Shown one piece after another: positions 60,752 through 64,000 of a stretch of DNA of 64,000 nt. Each line of letters begins with the position of its first letter. Positions within the stretch are counted from its first letter, which is position 1. Origin of the DNA: Patescibacteria group bacterium (lineage in GTDB: Bacteria; Patescibacteriota; Patescibacteriia; UBA2591; UBA6264); NCBI GenBank assembly GCA_016784145.1, contig JADHVF010000003.1:22048-86047 (forward strand), written 5' to 3'. Position numbers and translations under genes: made by a program. A model generated the notes under the pieces. It saw nothing but the letters and a program-made list of their open reading frames with translations, was not told the DNA's origin and did no database searches.

Positions 60752-61063
60752 AAATGTGCAATATCAAAGATCGCACACTCACAAGTAGTTACTTAGAGGC
60801 CTTGCCCCTAAGTAGATACACTTAGAGATATTACTTAGAGGCCTTGCCCCTAAGTAGATATTGAGCACGAATCAATAATCAATAATCAGTAATCATTCAC
60901 TTAGAGATATTACTTAGAGGCCTTGCCCCTAAGTAGAGTCACTTAGAGATATTACTTAGAGGCCTTGCCCCTAAGTAGAGTCACTTAGAGATATTACTTA
61001 GAGGCCTTGCCCCTAAGTAGATATTGAGCACAAAAAAGTGTGCAATATCAAAGGTTGCACACT
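60752..61063. repeat. cluster D: five palindromic-repeat cores in a 42-bp tandem unit, bounded by two copies of a second hairpin element (AGTGTGCAA-n9-TTGCACACT)
   Basis: Cores 60791-60815, 60833-60857, 60922-60946, 60954-60978, 60996-61020. Bounding hairpins 60752-60778 and 61037-61063. Confidence 0.8.
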
Positions 61064-61074
61064 AGAAGAAAAAA

Positions 61075-61146
61075 TGGACGGCATAGGACTCGAACCTACA
61101 ACCTCCGCGATGTAAACGCGATGCTCTACCATTGAGCTAGCCGTCC
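61075..61146 (-). tRNA. tRNA-Val (TAC)
   Basis: Reverse complement GGACGGCTAGCTCAATGGTAGAGC, anticodon loop TTTACAT. Confidence 0.8.
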
Positions 61147-61157
61147 CTAAACATAAT

Positions 61158-61871
61158 TCATGCCCATTTTTCTGTTTTTATATAATCTTCAGAAATGCCT
61201 AATTCTAACAAACAAGCAATTGTTAACTTTATGAACCTCTTTGGTCCACAAAGAAAAAAATATTTATTTTTAAAAGGAAAACAATACTTTTTAATCATTT
61301 GTTTATCAATTCTCTTTTTTTCTCCTTGCCAAAAAAATGGGACTTTGCTTGTTAAAGAAAAGACAACCTTGAAATTCTTGTTTTTTTTAATAATTGCTTT
61401 TAATTCTTTATAAAAAACAATATTTTGCTTGATTTTATTACTATAAATTAAAAATAATTTATTATTTAATTTTTTTTGAGAACAATATCTAATTATGCTC
61501 ATAAAAGGAGTCGCCCCGATTCCGCCAGCCAGTAAAACAACATTATTCATTCTATTCTCTTCAAAAACAAACTCACCAAAAGGACCAAAAACAACCACCT
61601 TGTCTCCTGTCTTTAGCTTATTAATTTTTTGAGTAAAACTTCCTCCTATTTTGATTACTAGTTCAATATATTCTTTATTTAAAGGAGAAGAACAAATTGA
61701 AAAAGCTCTTTTTTGCCAAATATTACCTAATTTATCATAAAGACCTAGCATAATAAATTGCCCAGGTCTAAAATCAAGAATATCTTTATTTTTTAAAACA
61801 ATTTTTAATTTAACAATATCTGACGTTAGGTTTTTCTTTGATTGAATTTTGCAAGAAAAATCTTGAAACAT
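61158..61871 (-). CDS. FNR-family FAD/NAD(P)-binding oxidoreductase (PyrK/ferredoxin-NADP reductase-like)
   Basis: RPGQFIMLGL, RAFSICS (RxYS), LLAGGIGATP, C-terminal CGP. Confidence 0.6.
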   Translation of the reverse strand: MFQDFSCKIQSKKNLTSDIVKLKIVLKNKDILDFRPGQFIMLGLYDKLGNIWQKRAFSICSSPLNKEYIELVIKIGGSFTQKINKLKTGDKVVVFGPFGEFVFEENRMNNVVLLAGGIGATPFMSIIRYCSQKKLNNKLFLIYSNKIKQNIVFYKELKAIIKKNKNFKVVFSLTSKVPFFWQGEKKRIDKQMIKKYCFPFKNKYFFLCGPKRFIKLTIACLLELGISEDYIKTEKWA

Positions 61872-61967
61872 ATTTTTAAATATTTGAAATTAAAAATTAT
61901 TAATTATTCTGTTCGTAAAAAATATTAATTATTAATTATTGATTATCCTGCTAAGCAAAGCAAAGAG

Positions 61968-62040
61968 TGGACCGTGCCGGATTCGAACCGGCGACCTCCT
62001 CGATGCCATCGAGGCGCTCTACCAACTGAGCCAACGGCCC
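61968..62040 (-). tRNA. tRNA-Ala (GGC)
   Basis: Reverse complement GGGCCGTTGGCTCAGTTGGTAGAGC with G3:U70, anticodon loop ATGGCAT. Confidence 0.75.
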
Positions 62041-62139
62041 CTTAAATTAATAATTAATAATTAAAATACAAGACGCCATCCTACATTCTGCTTCACAGAA
62101 TTTCGGCAGACACAACAATAACCAAACATTAGTCTGTGG

Positions 62140-62223
62140 TGCGGACGAGAGGACTCGAACCTCCACGAGGGAAACCCTCATAGGCCCTCAACCTATTGCG
62201 TATACCAATTCCGCCACGTCCGC
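62140..62223 (-). tRNA. tRNA-Leu (GAG), long variable arm, CCA encoded (to 62137)
   Basis: Reverse complement GCGGACGTGGCGGAATTGGTA...anticodon loop TTGAGGG...GGTTCGAGTCCTC. Confidence 0.8.
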
Positions 62224-62238
62224 ATAAAAACTAACTTT

Positions 62239-62715
62239 TTACTTCTTAATTTTATCTTTGATTTCCTTTAATTTCTTCTTGTATTTTCCTCTTAAATAAT
62301 ACAATTTTGCTCTTCTTGTTTTGTGTTCTTTTACTATTTCTATTTTTTTTATTGAAGGTAAATATAGTGGAAAAATCTTTTCAACCCCAACCCCGCCAGT
62401 AGCAATTTTTCGAACCGTAAAAGTTGCTTCAGGAGATTTTCCTCTGTGCACAGAAATAACTATCCCCTCAAATACTTGAATTCTTTGCTTTTCCTTTCCT
62501 TTTGCATCCGTTTCTTTAATTTCTTGATGAACACGAATAATCATGCCAGGACTTATATTAGTAACTTTTTGTTCTACTTCTTCTCCAGCAGATTCTTCCT
62601 TTTTTATTTGTTCTCCTTTTTCTTGTGCTTTCAAATCTTTATGCGCAGAAGGAACACTTTCTACTTCTTTTTCAGAAGAGTTTTCTTTTGTTTCTTTTTT
62701 TTCTTCGTTAGTCAT
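62239..62715 (-). CDS. rplS: 50S ribosomal protein L19 with N-terminal charged extension
   Basis: RIQVFEGIVISVHRGKSPEATFTVRKIATGGVGVEKIFPL...RRAKLYYLR. Confidence 0.8.
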   Translation of the reverse strand: MTNEEKKETKENSSEKEVESVPSAHKDLKAQEKGEQIKKEESAGEEVEQKVTNISPGMIIRVHQEIKETDAKGKEKQRIQVFEGIVISVHRGKSPEATFTVRKIATGGVGVEKIFPLYLPSIKKIEIVKEHKTRRAKLYYLRGKYKKKLKEIKDKIKK

Positions 62716-62725
62716 ATTGTTTATT

Positions 62726-63298
62726 CTATTTATTAATTTTGTTAATTATTTTTTGCTTTAATTTATTTATACCTGGTTCATTGTTTTTTATAATAACATT
62801 ATATATGTTTTTCTCATCTAAATCAATTTTATAAAGTCTTTTATATCTATTTTTGTCTCTCTTGTCTCTTCTAATTATTCTCTCTCTGGCTTGCTCTTGA
62901 GTTATATTTTCTCTTTTACTTACCCTTTTTATTCTAACCTGCTGACTACAATCAACAAAAATTCTATATTTAGCAAAATCTCCTGCTACCCAAGCAGCCA
63001 ATCTGCCAACTAAAACATATCCTCCTTTTGTTGCTAATTCAAGTGTTTTTTTATCCATAAAATGATCAATGTCCGCTGGCAAAACTTTTGATGCTTTGTC
63101 TAAAGAAATATTCATTTTTTGAGCGTATTGCCTCTGAATATCCCCTGCATTAACAAATTTTAACTTAAAAACGTCAGCAATGTGCTCAGCAATTGTATTT
63201 TTGCCTGAACCTGCCTGTCCTGAGACAGTGATTGTTAGTTTTTTAGATTGTTTATTAGTTTTTTGGTATTTTTTTAAATAATCTAAATATGTTCCCAT
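62726..63298 (-). CDS. cmk: archaeal-type cytidylate (CMP) kinase
   Basis: ITVSGQAGSGKNTIA P-loop, SKRENI, RYKRLYKIDLDEKNIYNVII, parallel to the archaeal Cmk layout. Confidence 0.65.
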   Translation of the reverse strand: MGTYLDYLKKYQKTNKQSKKLTITVSGQAGSGKNTIAEHIADVFKLKFVNAGDIQRQYAQKMNISLDKASKVLPADIDHFMDKKTLELATKGGYVLVGRLAAWVAGDFAKYRIFVDCSQQVRIKRVSKRENITQEQARERIIRRDKRDKNRYKRLYKIDLDEKNIYNVIIKNNEPGINKLKQKIINKINK

Positions 63299-63307
63299 TG
63301 CTTATTA

Positions 63308-64000
63308 TTATTTTTTTAAAGTAAGTAAAAAATTATTTAATTTTTTTGGCAAATTACTATTTATAATATTATACTTATTATTTAAATCATAAAACCCCAA
63401 ACAATAAGCATGTAAAAATATTCTATCTATGTCCGTGCTTAAATTTTTAAATTTATATTTTTTGTCCCCAACTATTGGAAACCCGAACGCCTTGAGATGA
63501 ACTCTTATTTGGTTTGTTCTGCCTGTTACTGGCTCTACTTTTAACAAACTATACTTTGATGGAAAATTAAACTCTGTCACTACTTCATATTTTGTTAAAG
63601 CTGATTTTTTGAATTTAATTTTTTTATCATATTTAACAGACACAATCTTGCCTTTTGGATTTCTCCCAATTTCAAAATCAATTTCGCCTTGTTTGACAGG
63701 CAAATGTCCATAAACAAGCGCATAATAATATTTAGTTATTCTTTTCTGCTTAAATTGCTCTATAAAATAATCATATACTGTTTGTGAAAGAGCAAGCATA
63801 AGCACTCCTGAAACATCTCTATCAAGTCGATGAATAATTCCATTTCTACCTACTTGTCCAATGTTTTTAACTTGCGGATAATTATCCAAAAGCCAACTAA
63901 ATAATGTTGGTTGTGTTTGAATATTTTTTATTGGGTGCATTAAAATCCCTGCAGGCTTGGCTACTACCAACAAATCATCTCGTTCATACAATATCTTAAT
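63308..64000 (-). CDS. RluA-family pseudouridine synthase, N-terminus probably beyond window end
   Basis: LLVVAKPAGILMHP and catalytic HRLDRDVSGVLMLA. Frame stays open to nt 64000 upstream of the TTG at 63991. Confidence 0.7.
   Translation of the reverse strand: MKILYERDDLLVVAKPAGILMHPIKNIQTQPTLFSWLLDNYPQVKNIGQVGRNGIIHRLDRDVSGVLMLALSQTVYDYFIEQFKQKRITKYYYALVYGHLPVKQGEIDFEIGRNPKGKIVSVKYDKKIKFKKSALTKYEVVTEFNFPSKYSLLKVEPVTGRTNQIRVHLKAFGFPIVGDKKYKFKNLSTDIDRIFLHAYCLGFYDLNNKYNIINSNLPKKLNNFLLTLKK

Noticed and set aside
60752-61063. Insertion sequence/transposon
   Set aside because: No transposase or integrase ORF in or near the element. The internal sequence is purely repetitive. It is called a MITE/REP-like noncoding element at most.

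Overview
AT-rich (about 30% GC), gene-dense bacterial chromosomal segment with short intergenic spacers. Gene content points to a reduced-genome, Gram-positive-like lineage, plausibly Candidate Phyla Radiation/Patescibacteria. This rests on an RNase Y/YidC/RnpA/L34 cluster, FemX, an archaeal-type CMP kinase, a short AspRS, K-rich tails on NusA/L21/L19 and an H+-pyrophosphatase. The lineage call is an inference. About 75 CDS are present, almost all housekeeping. They cover cell envelope (MurA, DacA-like, FemX, SpoIID/LytB, Wzx/WaaL-like), glycolysis and pentose-phosphate enzymes (Fba, TpiA, Tkt, Rpe, RpiB), and energy or redox functions (H+-PPase, OFOR alpha/beta, class II RNR, TrxB, TlpA/DsbA/DsbD-like). 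They also cover translation (AsnS, AspS, L21, L19, S20, L34, RluA, ThiI, QueA), replication and repair (DnaB, RuvA, 5'-3' exonuclease, HolA-like), and proteolysis (ClpP plus a membrane-anchored ClpC-like ATPase). A Ca2+-ATPase/CaCA exchanger pair, a small RelA/SpoT homolog and 13 tRNA genes complete the set. No CRISPR array, transposase or integrase was seen. The features not explained by ordinary annotation are the following. (i) A family of GC-rich 27-nt hairpin repeats (CTACTTAGAGGCCTTGCCCCTAAGTAG) in four irregular clusters, mostly next to tRNA genes. One cluster is bounded by a pair of palindromic direct repeats. (ii) TGATTAn heptad microsatellites that repeatedly sit between stop codons and terminators. 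(iii) A candidate leaderless Asn/Asp-rich leader peptide with mutually exclusive antiterminator and terminator helices, between asnS and tRNA-Asn-aspS. (iv) An orphan 314-aa protein with its own palindromic operator.
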